Source: a virus
Length of the DNA: 64,000 bases
Reading direction: 5' to 3' (one strand)
IMG/VR virus record: IMGVR_UViG_3300032240_002475
Span: 1 to 64,000 of that record
The translations under genes and the position numbers were made by a program. Below are positions 46,285 to 55,803 of the stretch, piece after piece (positions within the stretch are counted from its first letter, which is position 1; the number at the start of each line of letters is the position of its first letter). The notes under the pieces are model-generated. The model was not told where the DNA came from, did no database searches, and worked only from the letters and a program-made list of their open reading frames with translations.

Positions 46285-47589
46285 ATGGCAAAAAAATTAA
46301 AAGAACAATTAGATTACGGAAATAGACCCGAAAGAATGGACCCAAGTTTGGAAAAAAAATTGGCTAGTCCTGACAGTTTATATGCACAAAATCCTGCAAT
46401 GAGAAAGGGTCCTGCTGACGTACAAAGATTGGTTAGCCAAAGATTTGGTAAAGTTGCGGACAAGTTAAAAGAAGTTGTAGGTAATAGAAATATCAACTCT
46501 CAACAAGTTCAGGGAATGATTTACAATGAAATGATGGGTAAGCTAAGGAATATCATGTCAATTGAGGCTGCTCATAAAGATGAACTTGAACAATTGGCTG
46601 TTAATGCTTCTTTAGAAGAACAAGAAGTACCTGAAGGATGGTACCAAATTGAACCACATTTAGGTCAACAACCTGATGTTTCAGATTTTAGATATGCACC
46701 TGAAGAACCAAAAGATGAAAAAGAAGAAAAAGAAAAATTAGAAATTCCATCATTTGATGTTGAAGATTTAACTGATGAAGAAGAATTAGAATTAGAAAAA
46801 CATAAGAGAAACATAATAAACGCCATTATTCAAGGGGCGGCAAAAAAAGGACATTATCTTTTTCAAAAACCTGACATTAAAGCTCAATTAGATGCTATTG
46901 ACCCTTCCCTTTATAGAGATTATTTGGGAATTATGGCAATCAACGATTTCATGTATTTTACTATGGAACAAATGATTGAAATGATGAGTCAAACAGGTCA
47001 AGGTGTTGCAGGTAAAGTATCATTAGAAGATGCCGACGATGAAGAAGAAGGTGAAGAGGGAGGTGAAGAACAACCTGACACAAAGATTGTTGCTGTAGGT
47101 ATGATTTTCCCAATCTTATGTCATGAAATTATTAAAGGTTTAGAAGAGGCTAAAGGTAGACATGGTCATTCTAAAAATCCTGATATTCGTGAAAAAGTTA
47201 GAGGTGCCGTAGATGTATTATCTAACGAACCAATGCAATTAAGAATAGGACCCGAAATTGTAGAAAAGTTTAGACACGCAATGCCTGATGAAATGTTTGA
47301 TGAATCAAACAAGGGTCTAATAAACTGGTTTCAAATTTTGTTATACCAAATACCAGCACAAGAATTTTTAGAAATTATTGGAAATGCTATTTCTGAAGAT
47401 GTATCTAAAGTTAAAAAAGCAACTAATAGATTCAGAGAAATTATGAGAGAGGCCCAAGAAATGAAAAGTGAGTTTGAAGACTACAAAGAAGACAAAGGGA
47501 TTGAATCTAATGATGACGATGATGATTTTGGTGATGATGACGATTTAGATGATTTCTTCAGTAGTTTAGGTATATCGAGACCTAAATAA
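46285..47589 (+). CDS. hypothetical protein upstream of terminase
   Basis: Start trimmed to MAKKLKEQ. Confidence 0.7.
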   Translation: MAKKLKEQLDYGNRPERMDPSLEKKLASPDSLYAQNPAMRKGPADVQRLVSQRFGKVADKLKEVVGNRNINSQQVQGMIYNEMMGKLRNIMSIEAAHKDELEQLAVNASLEEQEVPEGWYQIEPHLGQQPDVSDFRYAPEEPKDEKEEKEKLEIPSFDVEDLTDEEELELEKHKRNIINAIIQGAAKKGHYLFQKPDIKAQLDAIDPSLYRDYLGIMAINDFMYFTMEQMIEMMSQTGQGVAGKVSLEDADDEEEGEEGGEEQPDTKIVAVGMIFPILCHEIIKGLEEAKGRHGHSKNPDIREKVRGAVDVLSNEPMQLRIGPEIVEKFRHAMPDEMFDESNKGLINWFQILLYQIPAQEFLEIIGNAISEDVSKVKKATNRFREIMREAQEMKSEFEDYKEDKGIESNDDDDDFGDDDDLDDFFSSLGISRPK

Positions 47590-47597
47590 TCACACAA

Positions 47598-49352
47598 GTG
47601 ACCAAAGAACAATTAATTATAGAAGTTACGAAGTGTATGAGGAATACTCCTTACGCACTTCGTACTTATTTACAAACATACGACAACACGGTTTCAAAGT
47701 ATGTTCCTTTAGATTTATTTCCTGACCAAGTTAGTCTTATTGAAGACTATGATGCTTACAATGAAAACATTGCCTTGAAATATCGTCAAGCGGGTGTATC
47801 AACAGTTACTGCTGCTTGGGCGTCAAAAAAATTGGTATTTGCCAAAAAACAAAAACCTGAAAAGATTCTAATCATTGCAAACAAGTTGGATACATCTGTT
47901 GAAATGGCTAATAAGATTAGAAGTTTTACAGAACAATGGCCTTCATGGGTCGGTGTTGGATTTGCAAAAGAAAAAAATTCACAAAGACACTTCAAACTTA
48001 CAAACGACTGTGAAGTAAAGGCAGTTGCAACATCAAAGGATGCTTTGAGAGGTTATACCCCAACCATTCTTATTTTTGATGAGGCGGCGTTCATTGAGGC
48101 TGACGGAGATTTTTGGTCAGCGTGTATGGCCTCACTATCTACGGGTGGTAAGGTTATTGTTGTATCCACACCAAACGGATACGACCCAATCTATTACGAA
48201 ATTTATGACCAGTCATTAAGAAACATGAACGATTTCAAAATATCGGAAATGTTTTGGTACCGTGACCCAAGATATACAAAAGATTTGTATATGGTTAAAA
48301 CAAATGACTTGGTACATTTTTTATTGAATAGAGAAGAATATGCATCAGACGCTGTCGTTGATTTATCAATAGAAAATCCATACGATAGAGACCACACAGT
48401 TACAACGGATTATATTGCTCAAGGATATAAGCCATGCTCTGCTTGGTTTGAGGGGATGGTTAAAAAGTTGAAGTTTGACAGACGTAAGGTGGCTCAAGAG
48501 TTGGAATGTAACTTCTTAGGTTCGGGTGACAACGTGTTCGAATCAGAGTTAATGCAAGGTATTGCAAAAAATACTTTACGTGAACCCCAAGCAAAACTTA
48601 TGGGAGGGTCATTGTGGATATTTAAAGAACCCGTAAACGGACACAAATACGTTATGGGTGTCGATGTATCCCGTGGAGATTCGGAAGACTTCTCGTGTAT
48701 TCAAATCATTGATTTTGACGAAAGAGAACAAGTGTTAGAATACGTTGGTAAAGTTCCACCTGATGTAATTGCTGAAATTGCTTACAAGTGGGGTAATATG
48801 TATAACGCGTATTGTGTTATTGATATTACTGGAGGTATGGGAGTTTCAACCGCAAGAAAAATGCAAGAACTTTCATATGGAGGGGGATTATATGTTGATA
48901 ATATTGATACTACAAACAAATGGAAATATGACCCAAAAATGAACGAAAGAATCCCTGGAATTAATTTCAATAATAAAAGGGTTCAAATTATTGCATCGTT
49001 TGAAGAATCAGTAAGACATGGTTTCAAAGTATATTCACATAGATTGTATAATGAAATGAATACGTTTATTTATGTGAACGGAAGACCTGACCATCAGAAA
49101 GGACACCATGATGACTGTATTATGGGAATGTCTATGGCAATATATGTTGCAGAAAAATCATTCGCATCTTTAAGTAAAGTTGTTAATCATACAAAGGCGA
49201 TGTTAAATTCTTGGTCTACAGTAATGAATGAGAATAAAAACAGTTCAGATTTCTTTAATCCATTAGTTCCTCAGATGGGTAGACAGAACCCAATAAATCA
49301 AGGAGCAACTAAAGCCGATTACCAAAAATATGGGTGGTTATTTGGTGCGTAA
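47598..49352 (+). CDS. terL: terminase large subunit (T4 gp17-like)
   Basis: KYRQAGVST Walker A, LIFDEAAF Walker B, STPNG, GVDVSRG and HDD nuclease motifs. Confidence 0.93.
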   Translation: MTKEQLIIEVTKCMRNTPYALRTYLQTYDNTVSKYVPLDLFPDQVSLIEDYDAYNENIALKYRQAGVSTVTAAWASKKLVFAKKQKPEKILIIANKLDTSVEMANKIRSFTEQWPSWVGVGFAKEKNSQRHFKLTNDCEVKAVATSKDALRGYTPTILIFDEAAFIEADGDFWSACMASLSTGGKVIVVSTPNGYDPIYYEIYDQSLRNMNDFKISEMFWYRDPRYTKDLYMVKTNDLVHFLLNREEYASDAVVDLSIENPYDRDHTVTTDYIAQGYKPCSAWFEGMVKKLKFDRRKVAQELECNFLGSGDNVFESELMQGIAKNTLREPQAKLMGGSLWIFKEPVNGHKYVMGVDVSRGDSEDFSCIQIIDFDEREQVLEYVGKVPPDVIAEIAYKWGNMYNAYCVIDITGGMGVSTARKMQELSYGGGLYVDNIDTTNKWKYDPKMNERIPGINFNNKRVQIIASFEESVRHGFKVYSHRLYNEMNTFIYVNGRPDHQKGHHDDCIMGMSMAIYVAEKSFASLSKVVNHTKAMLNSWSTVMNENKNSSDFFNPLVPQMGRQNPINQGATKADYQKYGWLFGA

Positions 49353-49392
49353 TAACTATTTATATTATTGAGGTAATAAGTAAACTTATAAT

Positions 49393-51240
49393 ATGGCAGA
49401 ACAAAACATGACGGTCTGGCAAAGGCTGTCAAAAACATTTGGACCGAATTCGTTATTAAACCAAGATTATCCTACATTCACGTTCGATAAAAAGGAATTA
49501 TTACGCACAACAAGTAGACAAGAATATGAAGTTGAAAAACTTCAAGCACAACAAACTTTTTACTTAACAAATCAATGGGCAAAAGTTGAGAATAATCTTT
49601 ATTCTCAAGCAATTTATTATGAACCAACAAGATTGTCTGCTCAGTATGACTATGAATCAATGGAGTATACTCCTGAGATTTCAGCCGCACTTGACATCTA
49701 TGCTGAAGAATCTACAACGACAAACGAAGATGGATTTATTCTTCAAATTTATTCTGAATCAAAAAGAATTAAAGGAGTATTAGCCGACTTATTTAATAAT
49801 AATTTAGATATTAATACCAACTTACCAATGTGGACAAGGAACACTTGTAAGTATGGTGACAACTTCGTTTATTTAAAATTAGACCCTGAAAAAGGGGTTG
49901 TTGGTGTACAACAATTACCGACAATTGAAATTGAAAGACATGAGGTTGGGGTAACTGCAAAAATTTCTGTTGATATTACAAAAGAATTAGACAAAGACAA
50001 AAAAGCCCTTCACTTTACTTGGAAGAACAAAAACATGGAATTTCAATCATGGGAGATTGCTCACTTCAGATTATTAGGTGATGATAGAAAACTTCCTTAT
50101 GGTACTTCTATGTTGGAAAAGGCAAGAAGAATTTGGAAACAACTTTTATTATCAGAAGATGCAATGTTGATTTATCGTACATCAAGAGCACCTGAAAGAA
50201 GAATGTTTAAAGTATTTGTTGGAAACATGAATGATGACGATGTTGAAGCGTATGTACAACGTGTTGCTAATAAATTTAAAAGAGAACAAATTGTTGATAA
50301 TAAGACAGGTAATGTAGACATGAGATTTAATCAAATGGCGGTAGACCAAGATTATTTCATCCCTGTTAGAGACCCTGCGGCACCTGACCCAATTACAACA
50401 TTACCAGGTGCAACAAACTTATCTGAGATTGCCGATATTGAATACATTCAAAAGAAATTATTAACAGCTCTTCGTGTACCTAAAGCATTTTTAGGGTTTG
50501 AAGAAGTTGTTGGGGACGGAAAAAATTTAGCCTTACAGGATATTAGATTTGCTCGTACAATCAACAGAATCCAAAAAAGTATGATTCAAGAACTAAATAA
50601 GATTGCAATTGTGCATTTATTCTTATTAGGATTTGAAGATGAATTATCCAACTTTACATTAGGATTAACAAATCCTTCAACTCAGGCTGATTTATTGAAG
50701 GTTGATATATGGAAAGAAAAAGTATTATTATATAAAGATTTAGTGTCTGACCCAGGAAACGGAATTCAAGCAACTTCATCAACATGGGCTAAAAAACATA
50801 TTTTTGGTTGGTCAGATGAAGAAGTTCGTTTGGATTTACAACAACAAAGAATTGAAAGAGCGGTAGGGGAAGAACTTAAAGCAACTCCAACAGTTATTAC
50901 AAAAACAGGATTATTTGATAATATTGATAAATTATATGGAAGTGCAACAGGAGGTACTGCAACAGCAGCGTCAGCAACTGCTGGTGGTGAAATAACTGCT
51001 CCACCACCAGGAGGAAGTTTTGAAACTTCTCCTCCACCTGAAGCCGCAGCTCCACCTGAAGCCGCAGCTCCACCTCCACCAGCAGGAGAACCACCATTAG
51101 CTCCTGAGTCTATAAAAAAAGACATGAACATTTTAGTTGAAAACAATTTGATTGAGGGGTCTCGAATGATTGATTTAGGTCAAGGTCAAGATTCTTTAGG
51201 AGAAATTTCAAAAGAATTGGATAAGTTATTAAATTCATAG
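49393..51240 (+). CDS. portal protein (T4 gp20-like)
   Basis: EDAMLIYR.SRAPERR.F, DYFIP.R, TLPG..NL, AL.VP. Confidence 0.93.
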   Translation: MAEQNMTVWQRLSKTFGPNSLLNQDYPTFTFDKKELLRTTSRQEYEVEKLQAQQTFYLTNQWAKVENNLYSQAIYYEPTRLSAQYDYESMEYTPEISAALDIYAEESTTTNEDGFILQIYSESKRIKGVLADLFNNNLDINTNLPMWTRNTCKYGDNFVYLKLDPEKGVVGVQQLPTIEIERHEVGVTAKISVDITKELDKDKKALHFTWKNKNMEFQSWEIAHFRLLGDDRKLPYGTSMLEKARRIWKQLLLSEDAMLIYRTSRAPERRMFKVFVGNMNDDDVEAYVQRVANKFKREQIVDNKTGNVDMRFNQMAVDQDYFIPVRDPAAPDPITTLPGATNLSEIADIEYIQKKLLTALRVPKAFLGFEEVVGDGKNLALQDIRFARTINRIQKSMIQELNKIAIVHLFLLGFEDELSNFTLGLTNPSTQADLLKVDIWKEKVLLYKDLVSDPGNGIQATSSTWAKKHIFGWSDEEVRLDLQQQRIERAVGEELKATPTVITKTGLFDNIDKLYGSATGGTATAASATAGGEITAPPPGGSFETSPPPEAAAPPEAAAPPPPAGEPPLAPESIKKDMNILVENNLIEGSRMIDLGQGQDSLGEISKELDKLLNS

Positions 51241-51253
51241 TATTTATTTGAAA

Positions 51254-51961
51254 ATGAGCAAAATGACCTTCGGAACCATAAAATCCATAATTGAAAACAA
51301 TCTTCTTGAATCTTACAAAAACGAGAAAGAATTTAAGAAATCTTTACGAGAATTCAAACACAACGTATTGAGTGATAAATCTATGTCAAAAGCGTATGCG
51401 TTATATGACCAATTAAGTTCTGCACAAGGTCTTTCAGAAGAAACAGCCAAGGAATATTTGGAAGAAGGTGTTAATTTGCTACAAAAAATAATACCAAATA
51501 TTAGATTACCGAAGTCATCGTCAAAAAGTGTGAGTAACAAATATTCTGACATTGATAAACTTGTTTATACAAACAAATTAGATTTATTAGAAAGAGTACA
51601 GGCAAAAAAGAATATTGTTTTATTATTGACATCATCTAATAATACGATTAAAGAATCTATCAATATTCCTGTCAAATCAATGGTTAGTATTGCAAACCAA
51701 ACTTTAAGAAATTATATTGATACTTTAGATGAAAATTCTAAAAAAGAATTTTTACAATTAATTTCAGAAGATACAAAATCTCTTGAGACTAAGTTTGAAA
51801 CAATTCGTGAAAGTGCAATCAAAAAACTACAAACAATTTTAGAAAAAGAAGAAGAGTTTGAACTCAAAACAAAACTGTCTGAAACAATTGACAAATTAAA
51901 AATTGAAAAGTTTGACCAAATGAATTTTATACGATTAAAAAATCTTGAAGAATCAATCTAA
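51254..51961 (+). CDS. hypothetical head protein
   Basis: ORF between portal and protease. Confidence 0.65.
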   Translation: MSKMTFGTIKSIIENNLLESYKNEKEFKKSLREFKHNVLSDKSMSKAYALYDQLSSAQGLSEETAKEYLEEGVNLLQKIIPNIRLPKSSSKSVSNKYSDIDKLVYTNKLDLLERVQAKKNIVLLLTSSNNTIKESINIPVKSMVSIANQTLRNYIDTLDENSKKEFLQLISEDTKSLETKFETIRESAIKKLQTILEKEEEFELKTKLSETIDKLKIEKFDQMNFIRLKNLEESI

Positions 51962-52144
51962 TTGATTCTTCTTTTTTTGTATATAAATTGCTTTCAAAAG
52001 TTTTGTTCTTTTTACAACAGATGGTTTTTTAAATTCTTTTCTTTCTTGTAATTTCTGAGTCTGTTTAGTTTTAATAACTTTGGACTTTAAAGTCTTCAAA
52101 GCTCTTTCAAGGTTGTCGTTATTTTTAATATCTACTATTATCAT
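51953..52144 (-). CDS. rpsU: 30S ribosomal protein bS21
   Basis: LERALK..K.K......L.ERKEF.KPSV.KR....KA.Y, Bacteroidota-like. Confidence 0.9.
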   Translation of the reverse strand: MIIVDIKNNDNLERALKTLKSKVIKTKQTQKLQERKEFKKPSVVKRTKLLKAIYIQKKKNQLD

Positions 52145-52241
52145 ATTATACAAATATCTTATTTTTACAAAAATTTTGACATTAATGGTTATATATGTTA
52201 TTTTTTAACAAACAAATAAACATTTATAATTATGAAAATTA

Positions 52242-52682
52242 ATGAAAAAAGGAAAGAGTGTAAAGCTTCAATTGTTCAATCCAATTAAATCAACATATGG
52301 AACAGTCGATTCAAAAAACCTTAAATCGGTTTATATAAACATTCAATCATGGGTAACACCAAAAAAAGAATTAGACAATTGGAATCGAGTTGTATCAAAT
52401 TTAGGTAGAGAAATAAAACATTCTGTTTTTGAATCAATAAACACAAACTTATTTCAAGAAAAAAGTATAGTTGATTTAGACCTTAGAACAAGTGGAATAT
52501 CCCATGGAAAAAAATCATTTTTCAACTTAGAAATAAATTTATATACAACGTCTGAACTTGATTTTAAATCTCTTGAAATAAAAGATTCTATAAAACAAAT
52601 TGTAAAAAGCGTATTCAAAAATAATATTAATCAAAACAAATATTTTGATTTTTCTATTTCAAAAAAACCAGTCTCTGAATAA
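52242..52682 (+). CDS. hypothetical protein
   Basis: 146-aa ORF. Confidence 0.65.
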   Translation: MKKGKSVKLQLFNPIKSTYGTVDSKNLKSVYINIQSWVTPKKELDNWNRVVSNLGREIKHSVFESINTNLFQEKSIVDLDLRTSGISHGKKSFFNLEINLYTTSELDFKSLEIKDSIKQIVKSVFKNNINQNKYFDFSISKKPVSE

Positions 52683-52718
52683 ACAATGTTAAATGGTATA
52701 TTTATCATAAAAGATTAG

Positions 52719-53435
52719 ATGAAAAATTTAAGAATATTAGAAGCTAACGAGCTTGGTCATGGCATCTTAATTGAAATGGATGCGGGTTGGGTTTCTCCCA
52801 AAGATGAACGTAATATGTCAGTTTTAAAAGAAGCAACAAATTTAGACTATAGAAATCCATTTGAGTTTTACGCAGTACTTCAAAAATATGATACACCGAA
52901 TAGAAATGGTAGATTTTATCCTGAAAGAATTCTAAAAAGAGAAGCTGAAAATTATAAGAAAACAATTGCCAAAGGTTTATCAACTTCTGAATTAAATCAC
53001 CCTGAATCTTCACTTATTGACTTAGATAGAGTTTCACACATTATCACAGACATTTGGTGGGATAAGAATATCTTAATGGGTAAACTTAAATTATTAACTT
53101 CACCAGGATTTCATGAAAAAGGAATTGTTTCAACAAAGGGAGACATTGCAGCAAATTTAATGAGACAAGGTGTTACTATGGGAGTATCTTCAAGAGGAGT
53201 TGGTTCATTGAAAAAAGTTGGAGAGAGAAATGAAGTCCAAGATGATTTCGAATTAATTTGTTTTGACTTAGTATCATCGCCTTCGACACCAGGGGCGTAT
53301 TTGTTTTCAAACGCGGAAGATAGAAATAAGTATGAAGAAAATTTAGACGAAGAAAGAAATCGTAAACAACCAAATGATTTTGCTGAGAAATCAGTTGACT
53401 TAATGAAAAAATTAACCGATTTTTTAGGAAAATAA
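52719..53435 (+). CDS. prohead protease (T4 gp21-like)
   Basis: NRNGRFYP, ELNHP, VSH, GVSSRGVGS, D.VS.PS. Confidence 0.93.
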   Translation: MKNLRILEANELGHGILIEMDAGWVSPKDERNMSVLKEATNLDYRNPFEFYAVLQKYDTPNRNGRFYPERILKREAENYKKTIAKGLSTSELNHPESSLIDLDRVSHIITDIWWDKNILMGKLKLLTSPGFHEKGIVSTKGDIAANLMRQGVTMGVSSRGVGSLKKVGERNEVQDDFELICFDLVSSPSTPGAYLFSNAEDRNKYEENLDEERNRKQPNDFAEKSVDLMKKLTDFLGK

Positions 53436-53439
53436 AATT

Positions 53440-53649
53440 ATGGACGAAAAATACTTTGTAGCAAAAATTCAGTACGATTTACCTGACGATAGTACAGGAA
53501 AGATTAAAAAAATTAGAGAAGAAAAACTTGTTAAAGGTTTTTCAGTAACAGATGTGGAGGCTAAAGTAACAAAAAGATATGAGGGATTCACTCATGATTG
53601 GAGAATTACTGCAGTTTCAGAAAGTAAAATTGACGAGGTTATAGAATAA
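53440..53649 (+). CDS. hypothetical protein (DUF4494-like)
   Basis: KK..E..LV...SVTD.EA, ESKIDEV. Confidence 0.55.
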   Translation: MDEKYFVAKIQYDLPDDSTGKIKKIREEKLVKGFSVTDVEAKVTKRYEGFTHDWRITAVSESKIDEVIE

Positions 53650-53725
53650 CTTCAAAATTACAAAATTATTAAAAGTGGTCTTATGACCACTTTTTTTGTT
53701 TGGTAGATATTTATTAAATAAAAAT

Positions 53726-54058
53726 ATGAATTTTTTAGCAACTTTATCAAACAATAATGTTCCTGTGAACAAATTAATTAACGCAAGTTCTTGGTCATCA
53801 TGCTTGGCCTATTGCGAAGGAACTGGATTTCAAATAAATAATATACTTGTACTTCAGTCAAATACTGAGGTAGTTTTGAATAATCCGTCAAGTGAAAATT
53901 GTTATAATGTTTTTTTACAATCTAACACAAGCGCGGCTAGTTATAACTATTTTGTTTTTGATACTGACTTTAATTCACTTGAAACTTGGATTAATTCTCA
54001 AACAGATAAAACCGTAAGCGGCATCCAATTGAATAAAAAATCTTACGTATCAGTATAG
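53726..54058 (+). CDS. hypothetical protein
   Basis: Start trimmed to MNFLAT; TATTTAT upstream. Confidence 0.55.
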   Translation: MNFLATLSNNNVPVNKLINASSWSSCLAYCEGTGFQINNILVLQSNTEVVLNNPSSENCYNVFLQSNTSAASYNYFVFDTDFNSLETWINSQTDKTVSGIQLNKKSYVSV

Positions 54059-54116
54059 TTAAAATGAATTTTTTTCGTTTTGATACTATTTATTAGTTAA
54101 AATAACCAATTTTTTC

Positions 54117-55766
54117 ATGCAAGAAAATAAAAATTTAGTACAAGAGGCACTCATTCAAATGAAAAATGTTGAAGAGGCTATTGCCGAGAATGCAAAAGGA
54201 ATACTTGCTTCTACAATGAAGGAAGAAATCAATCAATTAGTAAAGGAATCTCTATCAGAACAAGACGATGAAGAAGAGGTTGATTTAGACGTAGATACAG
54301 ACACAGACGATGTTGACGGTGACGTTGACGTTGATATGGATGTAGATACAGATAATGATGATGAAATGGACATGGATTTTGACATGGACATGGATTCTGA
54401 AGAAAGTCCAATAGATTTAACTGACGCTTCTGACGAAGAAATTCTTAAGGTGTTTAAAGCAATGGGTGAAGATGACGGAATCATCGTAAAAAAAGATGGT
54501 GACGATATTCACTTAACTGACAGTAACTCCGATGAAGAATATCTTGTTAAGCTTGGCGAATCTTTAGAAGACGAAAACTTAGATGAAACTATGAATGTAG
54601 ATGAAATCGACGAAATGGATTTAGACACTGATGAAGTGATTAGAGCTATTTTTGACAAAGACGGTGACGCTTCTGATATTGAAGTTGACCAAGATGACGA
54701 AGAATTTGATGAAGGCGTAATGTACGAAATTGAATTCGACGAACAAGAAGAAATGGACGAACAGGACGAAATGGACGAACAAGAAGAAATGGACGAACAG
54801 GACGAAATGGACGAACAAGAAGAAATGGATGAAGAATTTGATGACGACGACGACGAATACGACGACGAAGACGACGAAGAAGAAGAAGAAGAAGAAGAAG
54901 AAGAAATGGACGAATCTTACAACCCTAGAATGGCTGTTAGAGAAGGAAAGTCGACAGTAAAACCTAAAGGTGTTGGAATTGGCTCAGGCCCTAAATTCAC
55001 TTACAAGTCAAAAGCTGCTGGTGGATTTAAAGAGGACAAAAAAGAAGGTCCTAAAACAATGGGAACTGGTAAAGCTAAATTCGAATACAAGAAAGGTGCA
55101 AATATGGAAGGTAAATCCAAGGTTGTTAAAGCAGAAACAAAAGAAGGTGATTACGGAATGAACAAGGGTGATAAATCTAAAACTTTCAAAGGTGATAAAG
55201 ATTACACTACTAAAAAAGGTGACACTTTAAAAAGAAAAGCTTTTGGAAAAGAAGAAACTAAAGAAGCTGCTAGAACTTTTGGAATGGGTTCCAAAGAAGG
55301 TAGAGGTCTAAGAAAAGGCATCACAAATAACAGAAACTATGTTTATGGTAAAGGTGGTGTTAAAGTAGAATCTACACAAGAAGAAGTTAATATGTTGAGA
55401 GAAAAGAATGAAGAATACAGAAAAGCATTAAATGTTTTCAGAGAAAAACTTAATGAAGTTGCAATCTTCAACTCAAACTTAGCGTACGCAACTAGATTAT
55501 TCACAGAACATTCAACTACTAAGAAAGAAAAAATTAACATTCTTAGAAGATTTGATGATGTTGATACTTTAAAAGAATCAAAAAATCTTTACAAGTCTAT
55601 CAAAGATGAATTATCTACAACGGAATCAAAATCAATGAATGAATCAGTTGAAGTAAAATTAAACAAATCTGTATCATCAGGTTCGTCAACAACTTTAATT
55701 GAATCAAAAACTTATGAAAATCCTCAGTTCTTAAGAATGAAAGATTTAATGAGTAAAATTATCTAA
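54117..55766 (+). CDS. prohead scaffold/core protein
   Basis: Acidic, coiled-coil, immediately upstream of major capsid gene. Confidence 0.75.
   Translation: MQENKNLVQEALIQMKNVEEAIAENAKGILASTMKEEINQLVKESLSEQDDEEEVDLDVDTDTDDVDGDVDVDMDVDTDNDDEMDMDFDMDMDSEESPIDLTDASDEEILKVFKAMGEDDGIIVKKDGDDIHLTDSNSDEEYLVKLGESLEDENLDETMNVDEIDEMDLDTDEVIRAIFDKDGDASDIEVDQDDEEFDEGVMYEIEFDEQEEMDEQDEMDEQEEMDEQDEMDEQEEMDEEFDDDDDEYDDEDDEEEEEEEEEEMDESYNPRMAVREGKSTVKPKGVGIGSGPKFTYKSKAAGGFKEDKKEGPKTMGTGKAKFEYKKGANMEGKSKVVKAETKEGDYGMNKGDKSKTFKGDKDYTTKKGDTLKRKAFGKEETKEAARTFGMGSKEGRGLRKGITNNRNYVYGKGGVKVESTQEEVNMLREKNEEYRKALNVFREKLNEVAIFNSNLAYATRLFTEHSTTKKEKINILRRFDDVDTLKESKNLYKSIKDELSTTESKSMNESVEVKLNKSVSSGSSTTLIESKTYENPQFLRMKDLMSKII
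54738..54914 (+). repeat. coding tandem repeats (18-bp GACGAACA(A/G)GA(A/C)GAAATG units, then GAC/GAA runs)
   Basis: Encodes (DEQEEM/DEQDEM)x5 and poly-D/E. Confidence 0.85.
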
Positions 55767-55803
55767 AAAATAAAATAAATAAAAAAACAAAACAAATACT
55801 AAA

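Noticed and set aside
54730-54960. Lys-rich repeat ORF (poly-K/T)
   Set aside because: Alternate frame of the scaffold's GAA/GAC repeats
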